Positions 62,471-64,000 of a stretch of 64,000 nucleotides of DNA are shown here, piece by piece; the stretch's first letter is position 1, and every line of letters starts with the position of its first letter. Under the pieces are notes generated by a model. The model was not told the origin of the DNA. It ran no database searches and saw only the letters and a list, made by a program, of their open reading frames with translations. The DNA is from Anaerohalosphaeraceae bacterium (lineage in GTDB: Bacteria; Planctomycetota; Phycisphaerae; Sedimentisphaerales; Anaerohalosphaeraceae): assembly GCA_963675525.2 (NCBI GenBank), contig CAXXSL010000011.1:256001-320000 (forward strand), given 5' to 3'. A program made the translations under genes and the position numbers.

Positions 62471-63832
62471 ATGAGAGTCTTCATGCTTGGATGGGAATTC
62501 CCCCCATATATCAGCGGTGGTCTGGGCACTGCGTGCTATGGTCTGACCAAGGCAATGGACGACTTGGGTGTTAACATTTCCTTCGTGATCCCAAAACCGA
62601 TGGAAGACAATCAACAGTCGCATGTCAAAATGCTCAGTCCGCTTCAATGTAAAACATTGAACAAGGAGGGTAAGGCTGTTCAGGAGATCGAATCGATCGA
62701 GGACCTCAAACACACCACATTCCATGGAATCCCCTCCCTGCTAAAACCCTACGAATCACCGGAGTTTTATCAGCAAAAAATAGAAAGCATTATTCGTCAG
62801 CGGACAGCCCAATATATCCATGACGCGGGGGGGAAAACCGCTCTGGATGAATGGCTGCACCTGACTTCCAACACGCCGGCCGCGTCTCTGATGGAGGGGC
62901 ACTACGGCGGAGATATGTATTCCGAAGTCCATCGCTACGCCGCCGCAGCGGTCAGGCTGGCCATTCAGGAAGATTTTGACGTAATTCATGCCCACGACTG
63001 GATGACCTATCCCGCGGGCATTGCCGTGGCCGCTATTTCCGGCAAGCCCCTTGTCGTACACGTTCACTCCACGGAATTTGACCGCAGCGGCGAAAATGTA
63101 AATCAAATGATTTACGATATCGAAAAACGAGGGATGCACGCCGCCACCAAAATTATTGCCGTCAGCTATTTGACACGCAATATCATTATGAGCCGATATG
63201 GCATATTGGGCGAAAAAGTCGAGGTGGTTTATAACGGCGTTGAGCAAAACGGTAACAACCGGATGGCGTTTAACAAAGTTGGTATCCGCAGTGATGAAAA
63301 AATCGTGCTGTTCCTCGGCCGGATCACCATGCAGAAAGGCCCAGAATATTTCCTCATGGCCGCTCGTAAGGTAATTGAAGAGATCGACAACGTTAAATTT
63401 GTCATGGCCGGAACCGGGGACATGATGCACCGCGTCATTGAAATGGCCGCACAAATGGGGATCGGCCATAAGGTTCTGTTCACCGGCTTTCTGCACGGCG
63501 AAGACGTTCAAAAAGTCTATCAAATGGCGGACATGTACGTCATGCCGTCCGTTTCGGAGCCTTTTGGAATCGCTCCGCTCGAAGCCCTGAATTATGACGT
63601 TCCGGTGTTGATCAGCAAACAAAGCGGCGTCGCCGAAGTGCTTACTCACGTCCTGAAAGTGGATTTTTGGGATGTGAACGAAATGGCTAACAAGATCATC
63701 GCGGTCCTTAAATACCCGCCCTTGCAGTTAACACTCCGCGAACATGGTAATTTTGAGGTTCGCCGGTTACGCTGGTCCGGGGCCGCAGAAAAATGCCTGC
63801 GGATCTACCAGGAAATGATGCAGCATGTGTAA
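62471..63832 (+). CDS. GT4 glycosyltransferase (glycogen/alpha-glucan synthesis type)
   Basis: MLGWEFPPYISGGLGTAC, IHAHDWMT, FLGRITMQKGPEYF, SVSEPFGIAPLEA. Confidence 0.92.
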   Translation: MRVFMLGWEFPPYISGGLGTACYGLTKAMDDLGVNISFVIPKPMEDNQQSHVKMLSPLQCKTLNKEGKAVQEIESIEDLKHTTFHGIPSLLKPYESPEFYQQKIESIIRQRTAQYIHDAGGKTALDEWLHLTSNTPAASLMEGHYGGDMYSEVHRYAAAAVRLAIQEDFDVIHAHDWMTYPAGIAVAAISGKPLVVHVHSTEFDRSGENVNQMIYDIEKRGMHAATKIIAVSYLTRNIIMSRYGILGEKVEVVYNGVEQNGNNRMAFNKVGIRSDEKIVLFLGRITMQKGPEYFLMAARKVIEEIDNVKFVMAGTGDMMHRVIEMAAQMGIGHKVLFTGFLHGEDVQKVYQMADMYVMPSVSEPFGIAPLEALNYDVPVLISKQSGVAEVLTHVLKVDFWDVNEMANKIIAVLKYPPLQLTLREHGNFEVRRLRWSGAAEKCLRIYQEMMQHV

Positions 63833-63871
63833 AATCGCTTGTGAATATACTTCTTTCGATAGGGGGTGCTA

Positions 63872-64000
63872 ATGCCATCAGTATGTTTTTATTTTCAGGT
63901 TCATCAGCCATTCCGTCTTCGGCACTACACGGTTTTTGACCACACACCCCGGTATTTTGATGAGTTCAAAAATGCCTCCATCTGTCGAAAAGTTGCCAAT
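63872..64000 (+). CDS. GH57 alpha-amylase family protein, 5' part only
   Basis: Manual translation MPSVCFYFQVHQPFRLRHY...ICRKVAN; CSR1 HQP motif; usual partner of the upstream GT4. Confidence 0.85.
   Translation, partial: MPSVCFYFQVHQPFRLRHYTVFDHTPRYFDEFKNASICRKVAN

Overview
The window looks like Planctomycetota DNA, probably Phycisphaerae/Sedimentisphaerales. This is inferred from the PEP-CTERM proteins, dockerin-like C-termini, H-X9-DG prepilin protein and ECF-FecR pair. From left to right it carries: a coiled-coil/SBP/permease-NHL fusion/vWA/MoxR/DUF58 gene run; tRNA-Pro; scpA and trpS; acs with an OFA-type MFS transporter; tRNA-Leu; NfeD-SPFH; folP and pdxB; a ten-CxxCH OTR-like cytochrome with an inserted dockerin-like domain; and tRNA-Ile2. 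After tRNA-Ile2 comes a decayed ~15 kb island (integrase and IS remnants, ECF/FecR, PEP-CTERM, three secreted proteins sharing one N-terminal module, and hydrogenase/ApbE/TrkH fragments). The right third holds a trpEGDFBA operon with a leaderless Trp-Trp attenuator, an HK/bEBP/sigma54/FliA-like cascade, a bacterial histone with a Lys-rich tail, and a GT4-GH57 pair. Several genes, including essential trpS, carry single-base frameshifts, mostly in homopolymers, which suggests long-read indel errors. Best leads: the dockerin-bearing multiheme cytochrome, the tailed histone, an identical ECF promoter shared by the MoxR/vWA/ABC-NHL run and NfeD-SPFH, and the modular secreted-enzyme locus. All calls come from reading the sequence by eye; no searches were run.
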